Shown here one piece after another: positions 26,441 to 33,762 of a stretch of 64,000 nt of DNA. The notes beneath the pieces are model-generated. The model was not told the origin of the DNA. It did not search any database and saw nothing but the letters and a program-made list of their open reading frames with translations. The DNA is from Solirubrobacterales bacterium. Its GTDB lineage: Bacteria > Actinomycetota > Thermoleophilia > Solirubrobacterales > 70-9. The position numbers were made by a program, and so were the translations under genes. Numbering within the stretch: the stretch's first letter is position 1; each line of letters starts with the position of its first letter. The DNA lies in contig JBBDJH010000004.1 in NCBI GenBank assembly GCA_040879985.1, positions 14,115 through 78,114 on the forward strand. The letters run 5' to 3'.

Positions 26441-26803
26441 GTGGAAGCTGTATCGATCGCCCCTGCTTCGACGACCGCAATTGCGCCGCAGGCGCCGCAG
26501 CACATGCAGGCCCTGGCCCGCGCCAACCGGGTGCGGCTCGCCAGAGCGGAGCTGAAGCGATCGGTCGGGCGCGGCGAGGTGGACGTCGCCGAGGTGATCG
26601 AGGGCTGCCCCTGGGAGGCCGAGAGCATGACCCTGGCCGAGCTGCTGACCAGCCAGCGCCGCTGGGGACGCACGCGGGTGCGCAAGCTTCTGCAAACGTT
26701 GGCGCTGAGCGAGAACAAGCGGATCGGCACGCTGACGCCGCGCCAGCGAACCCTGCTGACCAGCGCCCTAAGCCCACGATCCCGCGACACGGTGCTCGTC
26801 TGA
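26441..26803 (+). CDS. Actinobacterial integration-host-factor-like protein (mIHF/sIHF type)
   Basis: Start set at the GTG 7 nt after GGGAGGA. ..ALARANRVRLARAELKRSVGRGEVDVAEVI..MTLAELLTSQRRWGRTRVRKLLQTLALSENKRIGTLTPRQ parallels the sIHF helix pattern (..RRERAEVK..L.EVI..V..LLESLPGVGKVRA..I...L.ISE.RR...L...Q). Confidence 0.65.
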   Translation: MEAVSIAPASTTAIAPQAPQHMQALARANRVRLARAELKRSVGRGEVDVAEVIEGCPWEAESMTLAELLTSQRRWGRTRVRKLLQTLALSENKRIGTLTPRQRTLLTSALSPRSRDTVLV

Positions 26804-26845
26804 GCGTCGCCGCCACGCTTGGCTGCGGGCGGGACTATCCCGGCA

Positions 26846-26959
26846 AGAGCCGATTCCGCTAGGCCTCCACTTAACTTTTTCCGAAGACAGTTAGCGGCCG
26901 TCCGAGAACGGCTGTTCGGAAAAAGTACAAGACGTTCCGACCTAGCGGAATCGGCTCTT
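26846..26959. repeat. Family-B nested-hairpin element, copy 3 (inverted orientation, different outer stem)
   Basis: Perfect 19-bp outer arms AAGAGCCGATTCCGCTAGG / CCTAGCGGAATCGGCTCTT enclose CCACTTAACTTTTTCCGAAGACA..GGCCGTCCGAGAACGG..CGGAAAAAGTACAAGACGTTCC. Confidence 0.85.
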
Positions 26960-27012
26960 AACGCAGCGATTGCGATTCTCGCCACTCCCGTGATCTAAAC
27001 TCGTAGCTGGGT

Positions 27013-27507
27013 ATGCCCGATCTGCTCGAAAGAGGGATGCGCAGCGAGCTTCGCCTCGATGGGGACGAGAAGCTGGCGCGAGTCGAGTTGCGGCGACAGA
27101 TCGGGCGGCTGGAAGCTGAGTTGGGCTCGCTTGTCTCCGATGCTTTTTCGCGTTTGCGATTGGACACCGGCGTCGCCGCCATCTCCGGCAGCCCCAGGGT
27201 GCTGGGGCTAGGCGAGCTGGAGGAAGTTCGGGATTCGCTGGCGACGCGGATCGGCGAGGCGCGCACCGCGCTGCGGGAGCAGGACGAGTTGGAGACCCGC
27301 AATCGTCAGCTGCTCGAGCGCATGATCGAGTCGCCCGCCGATTTCAAGTGGCTGCAGATCTCGCGCGACGACATCGGCGCGCCCGGCTGCGGCCACTGGC
27401 ACTCCCGACCCCGCCTCGGCTTGATCGGCATGCTGATGGGCTGGTGGCGGGTCAGGGTCTCCTCCGGATGCCCGTTATCCGGGCGGCTTGCGGCCGTTGA
27501 GCGATAG
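27013..27507 (+). CDS. Hypothetical protein (coiled-coil N-terminus, Cys/Trp-rich C-terminus)
   Basis: 164 aa of non-shadow composition (..RRQIGRLEAELGSL.. ; ..GAPGCGHWHSRPRLGLIGMLMGWWRVRVSSGCP). No family recognised. Confidence 0.45.
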   Translation: MPDLLERGMRSELRLDGDEKLARVELRRQIGRLEAELGSLVSDAFSRLRLDTGVAAISGSPRVLGLGELEEVRDSLATRIGEARTALREQDELETRNRQLLERMIESPADFKWLQISRDDIGAPGCGHWHSRPRLGLIGMLMGWWRVRVSSGCPLSGRLAAVER

Positions 27508-27907
27508 CGCCAAAAGGGCCCCCCGCGCCGACGAACGCCCGCCCGCTCCCTGGGGATCGTTCCCGCTGGCCGAGCTGACCGTGCTCGCCGGAATCGTCAT
27601 GCTCGCGATCGGGATCTTCAGCACGAGCCCGACCGCAATCGGCGTCGGCGTCGTGCTCGCCGGCCTCGGCGGCCTCGAGGTCTCCGCCCGTGAGCACTTC
27701 GCCGGCTACCGCTCGCACACCACCCTGCTCGCCGGCGTAGTCTTCGTCCTCGTCACCGGCGGCCTCTTCTACCTCGCCGGCTTGATCCTCGCGATCTGCC
27801 TCGCGGTCGGCGCCGTAGCCTTTGCAGCTACTTTCTACGCTCTGCGCCGCGCCTTCCAGAAGGCCTCGGGCGGACTCTCGTTCAGGGCCGGCGGCCTGAG
27901 GGGGTAG
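27488..27907 (+). CDS. Hypothetical 4-TM membrane protein
   Basis: Four hydrophobic helices (LAELTVLAGIVMLAIGIF.., AIGVGVVLAGLGGL, LLAGVVFVLVTGGLFYLAGLILAICLAVGAVAFAA). Confidence 0.5.
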   Translation: MRPLSDSAKRAPRADERPPAPWGSFPLAELTVLAGIVMLAIGIFSTSPTAIGVGVVLAGLGGLEVSAREHFAGYRSHTTLLAGVVFVLVTGGLFYLAGLILAICLAVGAVAFAATFYALRRAFQKASGGLSFRAGGLRG

Positions 27908-27916
27908 ATGGCTGAC

Positions 27917-27963
27917 ACGTGGTCGAGGTTTGAACCGCTATGCGACTCAAACCTCGACCACGT
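27917..27963. repeat. Family-A palindromic element, copy 3
   Basis: ACGTGGTCGAGGTTTGAACCGCTATGCGACTCAAACCTCGACCACGT. The 43-nt core is identical to copy 2. It begins 10 nt after the stop of the 27488-27907 ORF. Confidence 0.9.
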
Positions 27964-27970
27964 CGGACGA

Positions 27971-28079
27971 GGACATCCCGGTAGGGGTGGAACGTCTTGT
28001 ACTTTTTCCGCGACGGCGACCTCGGACGGCCGCAATTTGTCTTCGGAAAAAGTTAAGTGGAACCCCTGCCGGGATGTCC
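27971..28079. repeat. Family-B nested-hairpin element, copy 2 (109 bp), abutting A copy 3
   Basis: GGACATCCCGGTAGGGGTGGAACGTCTTGTACTTTTTCCG..GACCTCGGACGGCCGCAATTT..CGGAAAAAGTTAAGTGGAACCCCTGCCGGGATGTCC. It ends 5 nt before the stop of the 28084-28752 gene. Confidence 0.9.
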
Positions 28080-28083
28080 TCTC

Positions 28084-28752
28084 CTACGCCGCCAGGGTTC
28101 CCGCCACCAGCCACAGCGCCTCGTCGACTGCCAGCTGGGGGACGCCCTCCACCTGGATCGCGGCGATCGCGATTCGGCGGCTCTCGCGGCTCACCTCGCG
28201 GTCCTCGGCGGTGGCGCCGAAGAGCAGGCCGGCCGGGCCGCGTTCGTCGGCGATTACCAGGGTGCCGTGGGCGAGCTTTCCCGGCCGGCCGGCCAGCGAC
28301 TCCCCCGGCGCCGAGTCGCGGATGCAGAGCGCCCCCACGATCCGGTCGGCGTCGAAGGCGCGCAGCGCGATCCCGGTCTCCACCGTGGCGATCGTCAGCG
28401 CATCGTCGGGCAGGCCGCGGGCCTTGAAGGCGCCGCGCTGGAGGCGTTCGAGGGCGAACTGCTCGATTGGCGTGCGGGTCCGGTCGGGGTCGAGGCCGAT
28501 CTGGCGGAAGAAGACGCGGTAGGCACAGGGAACCGGCCGTTCGCGCAGGTGGATCGCGTGTGAGCCGTAGAAGCGGTTTGAGAGCTCGCCGAGGCGGCGC
28601 GCGACCGGCCTCGGGCTGCGCCGGGGGCGGGCCTCGACCGCTATCGAGGAGAGCCCCAGGCCGGGGAACTCGGCGGCGACGTGCGGGGCGACCCAGCCGA
28701 GTGAGGAGGTCGGCTCCAGGTCGAGCCGCGGATCGCTCGCGCCCGACCCCAC
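28084..28752 (-). CDS. B3/B4 tRNA-binding-domain protein (PheT B3/B4-like, COG3382 type)
   Basis: ..YRVFFRQIGLDPDRTRTPIEQFALERL..GLPDDALTIATVETGIALRAFDADRI..LVIADERGPAGLLFG resembles stand-alone B3/4 domain proteins. Confidence 0.65.
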   Translation of the reverse strand: MGSGASDPRLDLEPTSSLGWVAPHVAAEFPGLGLSSIAVEARPRRSPRPVARRLGELSNRFYGSHAIHLRERPVPCAYRVFFRQIGLDPDRTRTPIEQFALERLQRGAFKARGLPDDALTIATVETGIALRAFDADRIVGALCIRDSAPGESLAGRPGKLAHGTLVIADERGPAGLLFGATAEDREVSRESRRIAIAAIQVEGVPQLAVDEALWLVAGTLAA

Positions 28753-28753
28753 C

Positions 28754-29401
28754 TCAACGGCCTTCCGCGGCGCGGCTGGCGCGCAGCAGGCGCTCGATCC
28801 GGGCGCGCAGCTCGGTCTCGCCGAGTTTGCCGATCGAGGCGCTCTGCAGCGTGCCGCCGGGGTAGGCGTAGGCGAACGTCGGGCAGCCGCCGACGCGGTA
28901 GAGGCCGGCGACGGCGCCGTCGCGGTCGTAGCCGACCGGCATCGTCCAGCCGCGGTCGCGCACCAGGTGGCGAACCGTCTCGCGATCGTCGCGGATGTTC
29001 AGCGCGAGGAAGTTCACGCGTCCACGGTAGCGCGCGTGGACGCGGCTGACGACGTCCTGCTGCGCGGCACAGTCGCCGAACCAGAAAGAGATCGCCGCGG
29101 GGCGGTCGAAGAGGTCGCAGACGCGGATCGCGCCGCGCGTGCGCAGCCGGCAGGCCGGGGCGCGGCGGGCGTCCGCCGGGCAGGGCAGGGCCGCCGCCGA
29201 GCAGTCGTCCTGGGCGACGTTGGCGTCCCCTTCGAGCGGCCCGGTTGCGTCGGGAACGGCGAACTCGGGCAACGGCCAGCGCGGCGGCTGCTCGTCGAGG
29301 CCGAGCGTGCCGCCGCCACCGCCGGGAACGCCGTTGATCAGCGCGACGGCGAGGATCGCGGCGAAGAAGAGCCCGACCAGGATCGAGTAGCGGTCCCTCA
29401 C
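28754..29401 (-). CDS. Membrane-anchored thioredoxin-fold (TlpA/redoxin-like) protein with degenerate CxxC
   Basis: N-terminal TM helix, then a redoxin-like core AAISFWFGDCAAQQDV..NFLALNIRDD..GWTMPVGYDRDG..LYRVGGCPTFAYAYPGG. The CxxC position reads CAAQ. Confidence 0.55.
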   Translation of the reverse strand: MRDRYSILVGLFFAAILAVALINGVPGGGGGTLGLDEQPPRWPLPEFAVPDATGPLEGDANVAQDDCSAAALPCPADARRAPACRLRTRGAIRVCDLFDRPAAISFWFGDCAAQQDVVSRVHARYRGRVNFLALNIRDDRETVRHLVRDRGWTMPVGYDRDGAVAGLYRVGGCPTFAYAYPGGTLQSASIGKLGETELRARIERLLRASRAAEGR

Positions 29402-32004
29402 TCCGCCGGCCGCTTCCTGCGCAGGCCGAGGCCCTCGCCGCGGCCGAGGCGCTCGGCCAGGACCAGGGTGGCGGGCAGCGCCACCATCACACCGAGCAGC
29501 GCCACGGCGAGGTCGATCACGGTGACGAAACCGAAGTCGCGCAGCATCCGCACGTCGCTGGCGATCAGCACCGCAAAGCCGGCGATCGCGGTCACCCCGG
29601 AGGCGAGCACGGCCGCGCCGGTGCGCGCATAGGCCTGCCTCAACGCCGCACCGAGCTCCCGCCCGGCATGCCGCTCCTGGCGGAAGCGGGCGGCGAGGAT
29701 GACGCTGAACTCGGTCGCGATCGCGATCGTCAACGCCCCCAGCGCCGCCGACATCGGGTTGAGCGGGATGCGGGTCAGGAACAGCACCAGCGCCGCCCAG
29801 CCGGTCGCCATCACGATCGGAACCAGCGGCACCAGCGCCCGCGACCAGGAGCGGTAGACCGCCAGCAGGACCAGCGCCACCGCCAGCAACCCGGCCAGGG
29901 TCAGCAGGTAGCGGCTGTCGGACAGGTCCGAAGCCGCCGCAGCCGCGATCACCGGCAACCCGGCGAGCTCAACCTCCACCCCAGGCGGCGGGCCGCCCCG
30001 GGTCCCGGGCTCCCCCACCGCAGCCCGGATCCGCTCGATCAGGTCCTGCTGGTCCTCGAGCGACTGCGCCCTGATCCCGAACCCCAGCAAGGCCGTTCCG
30101 GCCGGCAGCTTGGTCTGCGGATCGACGGTCGCCAGCTGGCGCAGGTTGTAGGCGGGGATCTGGCGGAACGCCGCGCGGATGCCGCGCCCGGTCAGCGGGC
30201 CGCTGCTGAGCGGACCCGTCAAGCCGCCGCCGGTGACGAAATCCGACAGCGCCGGCCCGGGGCAGACTTCAGCTTCCTCACAACTCGGATTCGCCCCCTC
30301 AAACCCGCCGGCTTTCAGCGCCCGCCGCTTGAACCCGGCCATCCAGCGGATCGTCGCCGGGTCGGTCAGATCTGGAGCCTCCACCCGGACAGCAAGCTGC
30401 CCCGACACACCCGTCGCATCCTGCAGCTGATTCAGTTCCTTGACCGCATCGATGCTCTGCGGGGCCAACTTGCGAATATCGGTCTGCGTCTCGATCTGGG
30501 TACCGACTCCCCAGCCGATCACCGCCAGGGCCAACCCGACCGCCAGAACCCCCTGCGGCCGCGCCTGGGCCAAGCCCAGAACCCACTGCAACCAGGGCGG
30601 GAGTGACGGGTGCCCCGCAGCGGCGCGGCGTCCTGTTTTTCGCCGCGCAACCTCGGCGAGAGACCCAAACCTCCCGGCGAAAAACCCAGCGCCCGGAGGG
30701 GCACCCGTCGGTCCCGCCCGGCCCGAGCGCAGGCTGAGAGCCGCAAAGCCCGCGACGAAGGCCAGCGCGAAGGCGATCGCTATGCCGACGACCAGGAGTA
30801 GGCCGAAGCTGCGGACCATCGGCGTCGGTGAGAGCTGCAGGGCTACGAAGCCGGCGCCGGTGGCGAGGCAGGCGGTGGCGATTGCTGGGCCGCCGCCAGA
30901 CGCTGCAAGCCGGGCAGCCTCAGCTCCCGGGGATGCGCCGAGATTCACGGCCTCGTCGTAGCGCGCTTGCAGCTGGATCGCGTAGTCCACCGCCAGGCCG
31001 ATCAGGATCGGCAGGACGGCGATCGAGGCCATCGTCAGCGAGCCGCCGAGCAGCCCGAAGAGGCCGAAGGTCAGCGCCGCCGAGCAGAGCGCCAGCGCCA
31101 GCGGCAGCAGGCGCCAGCGCGAGCGGAAGACGAGCAGCAGGGCAGCTGCCATGACGACGAGGGCTACCCCGAGCAGGACGAGCAGGGCGTCCTTGAGCGC
31201 ATCGGTGACCGCCTCGACGACGACCGGGACGCCGGAGATCACGTAGCTGCCGCCGTGCAGCTCGAAGCAGCGCTCCGGCTCGCCTTTGAACTTGCAGGCT
31301 TTGCGGGCGACCGGGTCGCGCACGACCGTCTCGATCGTCGCCAGGGCGCGGCGACGCTCGGCCTCGCTGAGGCCGGGACGCAGGCGGAGGATGATCTGGG
31401 CCGAGTTGGAGTTCGGGAAGAGGTAGGCGAGGCGGGCCTTGGGGGTCCCGCGTGCGCGCTCGATGTCGAAGACGAGGGCGGCGAGGAAGTCCGGGTTGGA
31501 GAGGCTCGGCGCGCTGGTGATCCCGTACTGCGCGGCGATCTGGAGCAGCAGCTCGCGCAGTTTGTCGGGCGGGACGCTGGCGGCGAGCCGGCGCAGCTGG
31601 CGGTCGATCTGGATCACCGCCTCGTTGAGGAAGGTGGCCGGGCCGATCAGCGAGCGCACCGGGTCCTGTTCGGCCAGTTCGGTGCAGGGCCCCGGCAGCG
31701 CCCTCCCCCCCTCCGGCACCTTGCCCGAGAGGCACCCCTCGAGCCGCAGGAAGCGGCCCAGGTTTGCGGTCAGGATCAGCCGCTGCAGGTCGCCCCGGGC
31801 GAGGATGACGACGGGTTCTTCGCCGAATTCGCGCTTGACCTCTTCGGTCGCCCGGTAGCCGGGCGTATCGGAATCGACCAGCGTCTCGGTCGCGGCATCG
31901 GTCGGCAGCTGCGTGGCAACCGCCGCCGCCGCCACGGAGACGAGGGCCACGAGCGCGAGCAGCGCCCGCGCATGGCGCACCGACCATGCGGCTAGCGACG
32001 CCAT
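29398..32004 (-). CDS. MMPL/RND-superfamily membrane transporter
   Basis: 868 aa with two 6-TM bundles, each preceded by a large extracytoplasmic domain. Typical MMPL segments are ..SGVPVVVEAVTDALKDAL.. and ..GLAVDYAIQL.. / ..IAIATEFSVILAARF. Confidence 0.85.
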   Translation of the reverse strand: MASLAAWSVRHARALLALVALVSVAAAAVATQLPTDAATETLVDSDTPGYRATEEVKREFGEEPVVILARGDLQRLILTANLGRFLRLEGCLSGKVPEGGRALPGPCTELAEQDPVRSLIGPATFLNEAVIQIDRQLRRLAASVPPDKLRELLLQIAAQYGITSAPSLSNPDFLAALVFDIERARGTPKARLAYLFPNSNSAQIILRLRPGLSEAERRRALATIETVVRDPVARKACKFKGEPERCFELHGGSYVISGVPVVVEAVTDALKDALLVLLGVALVVMAAALLLVFRSRWRLLPLALALCSAALTFGLFGLLGGSLTMASIAVLPILIGLAVDYAIQLQARYDEAVNLGASPGAEAARLAASGGGPAIATACLATGAGFVALQLSPTPMVRSFGLLLVVGIAIAFALAFVAGFAALSLRSGRAGPTGAPPGAGFFAGRFGSLAEVARRKTGRRAAAGHPSLPPWLQWVLGLAQARPQGVLAVGLALAVIGWGVGTQIETQTDIRKLAPQSIDAVKELNQLQDATGVSGQLAVRVEAPDLTDPATIRWMAGFKRRALKAGGFEGANPSCEEAEVCPGPALSDFVTGGGLTGPLSSGPLTGRGIRAAFRQIPAYNLRQLATVDPQTKLPAGTALLGFGIRAQSLEDQQDLIERIRAAVGEPGTRGGPPPGVEVELAGLPVIAAAAASDLSDSRYLLTLAGLLAVALVLLAVYRSWSRALVPLVPIVMATGWAALVLFLTRIPLNPMSAALGALTIAIATEFSVILAARFRQERHAGRELGAALRQAYARTGAAVLASGVTAIAGFAVLIASDVRMLRDFGFVTVIDLAVALLGVMVALPATLVLAERLGRGEGLGLRRKRPAE
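30605..30709. repeat. Family-D nested-hairpin element, copy 2 (105 bp), in frame inside the MMPL CDS
   Basis: GACGGGTGCCCC..CGCGGCGTCCTGTTTTTCGCC..AACCTCGG..GGCGAAAAACCCAGCGCCCG..GGGGCACCCGTC. Translated as TGAPPGAGFFAGRFGSLAEVARRKTGRRAAAGHP in the inter-bundle cytoplasmic linker. Confidence 0.85.
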
Positions 32005-32041
32005 TCAGACGCTCCCCGGGCGTGAGCCGCCCGCCGGGCCC

Positions 32042-32956
32042 TCAATCCATCGACAGCGGACCGGTCACGTCCGCGTTGAGGAACTGGTTGACGAACTGGT
32101 TTTCGGAGTCGAACAGTTCCTCTTTGGGGCCGGACTCGACGATTTTGCCGTTCCAGAGGACGGCGATGAAATCGGCGATGCGGCGCGCCGTGTTGAGGTC
32201 GTGGCTGATCACCAGGTAGCAGCCGCCGTTCTCGGCGTGGACCTCGCGGATCAGCTCGCAGAGCAGCGCCGTGCGGACCGGGTCGAGGCCGGAGTCGGGC
32301 TCGTCGAACATCACGATCGCCGGTTCCAGCACCAGCGCCCGGGCGAAGCCGGCGCGCTTGCGCATCCCGCCCGAGAGCTCGTTCGGCATCTTGTAGATCG
32401 CCTCGATCAGGCCGACCTCGCGGAGGCGGCGGCTGACGATCTCGCCGATCTCATCCTCGCTTTTGTCGGTGTGCTGACGCAGCGGGAAGGCGGTGTTGTC
32501 GTAGATGTTCATCGAGCCGAAGAGCGCCCCGTCCTGGAACAGCAGGCCGAACTTTTTGCGCACGTCGAAGAGTTCGTCGTCGGTCATCGCCGGGATCGAC
32601 TCGCCGTGCACGAGGACATCGCCGGAGTCCGGGTAGAGCAGCCCGACGATGTGCTTGATCAGCACGCTCTTGCCGGTGCCAGACGGGCCCAGCACCATCG
32701 AGACCTGGTCTTCGGGAAGGCCGAGGTTGAGCCCGTTGAGGATCCGCGCTCGGCCGAACTGCTTGACCAGGTCGATGATCTCGATCGCGTCGGTGCTGCC
32801 GTGGTCGCGCTTGCGCCCGGTGTGGAAGCGGTAGGGATCCGGCTCGCCCGGGTCGACGCCGGGGATGACGAAGTCGCGGCCCATCGTGGCGCCGTCCTCG
32901 CTGATGTAGGGGCCGCCGGCCTGGCTCTGCTCGTCGGTTGACTCGTCGATGGACAT
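32042..32956 (-). CDS. ABC ATPase of the Mkl/MceG/MlaF type
   Basis: Trimmed to MSIDEST... Walker A GPSGTGKS, signature LSGGMRKR, Walker B VMFDEPDSGLDP. Confidence 0.9.
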   Translation of the reverse strand: MSIDESTDEQSQAGGPYISEDGATMGRDFVIPGVDPGEPDPYRFHTGRKRDHGSTDAIEIIDLVKQFGRARILNGLNLGLPEDQVSMVLGPSGTGKSVLIKHIVGLLYPDSGDVLVHGESIPAMTDDELFDVRKKFGLLFQDGALFGSMNIYDNTAFPLRQHTDKSEDEIGEIVSRRLREVGLIEAIYKMPNELSGGMRKRAGFARALVLEPAIVMFDEPDSGLDPVRTALLCELIREVHAENGGCYLVISHDLNTARRIADFIAVLWNGKIVESGPKEELFDSENQFVNQFLNADVTGPLSMD

Positions 32957-32964
32957 AAGGGTAC

Positions 32965-33762
32965 TCAGCCTCCTATCGGCGCTCTCGGGTTGGCACCCCA
33001 GAAGACCAGCGTGCCGAGCATCCCGATGATGTGGACTAGAACGATGTTGAGAACCATCGATTTGGCGGTCGCGGTGCCGACTCCGACCGGCCCGCCGGAA
33101 GCGGTGTAGCCGTAGTAGCAGCCGACCATCACGATCGCGGTCGCCATGAACATGCCCTTGGTCAGACTGAAGATCAGGTCGGGCGGGTTCTGGAACAGCC
33201 AGAAGATCAGCAGGTAGCCGCCCGAGGAGACGTCGCCGATCTGTTCGACCACGGCGATGTAGCTGGCGAAGTACATGATCCCGATCCCGACCAGGTACAT
33301 GAAGGGAAAGGCGATCCAGGCGGCGAGCAGGCGGGTTGCGCAGAGGAAGGTGACCGGCGGCACTCCCATCACCTCGAGCGCGTCGATCTCGTCGGAGATC
33401 CGCATCGCGCCGAGCTCGGCGACGATCCCGGTCCCGACCTTGGCCGAGAGCATGTAGCCGAAGGCGTAGGGCATGATCTCGCGCAGGTCGCACCAGGCCG
33501 CGAAGACGCCGGCGTAGGCGGGGGCGCCGTTGGCGCGCAGCAGGTAGGCGCCCTCGATCCCGCACTGCAGGCCGAGGATGAAGACCAGCCCCCAGATGAT
33601 CACGGCGGAGCCGAGGATCAGGATCCCCGCCTGGCGCAGGCTCTCGCCGAAGAAGCGCAGGACGCGGCCCGAGTAGACGAGGCCGGCGACGCGCGAGCCG
33701 AAGCGGGCGATCTCGCCGAAGGAGTCGAGCCAGCCGCGCGGGACGTCGAGCCAGGCGCCCAT
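32965..33762 (-). CDS. MlaE/YrbE-family ABC permease (second copy)
   Basis: Trimmed to MGAWLDVPRG... The segment ..VAELGAMRISDEIDALEVMGVPPV.. is diagnostic of MlaE/YrbE. The ATG overlaps the upstream stop (ATGA). Confidence 0.85.
   Translation of the reverse strand: MGAWLDVPRGWLDSFGEIARFGSRVAGLVYSGRVLRFFGESLRQAGILILGSAVIIWGLVFILGLQCGIEGAYLLRANGAPAYAGVFAAWCDLREIMPYAFGYMLSAKVGTGIVAELGAMRISDEIDALEVMGVPPVTFLCATRLLAAWIAFPFMYLVGIGIMYFASYIAVVEQIGDVSSGGYLLIFWLFQNPPDLIFSLTKGMFMATAIVMVGCYYGYTASGGPVGVGTATAKSMVLNIVLVHIIGMLGTLVFWGANPRAPIGG

Noticed and set aside
6908-28079. Possible CRISPR array, given the recurring palindromic repeats.
   Set aside because: The copies are dispersed kilobases apart rather than regularly spaced with short unique spacers. 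They occur in both orientations and inside genes, and no cas genes are present.
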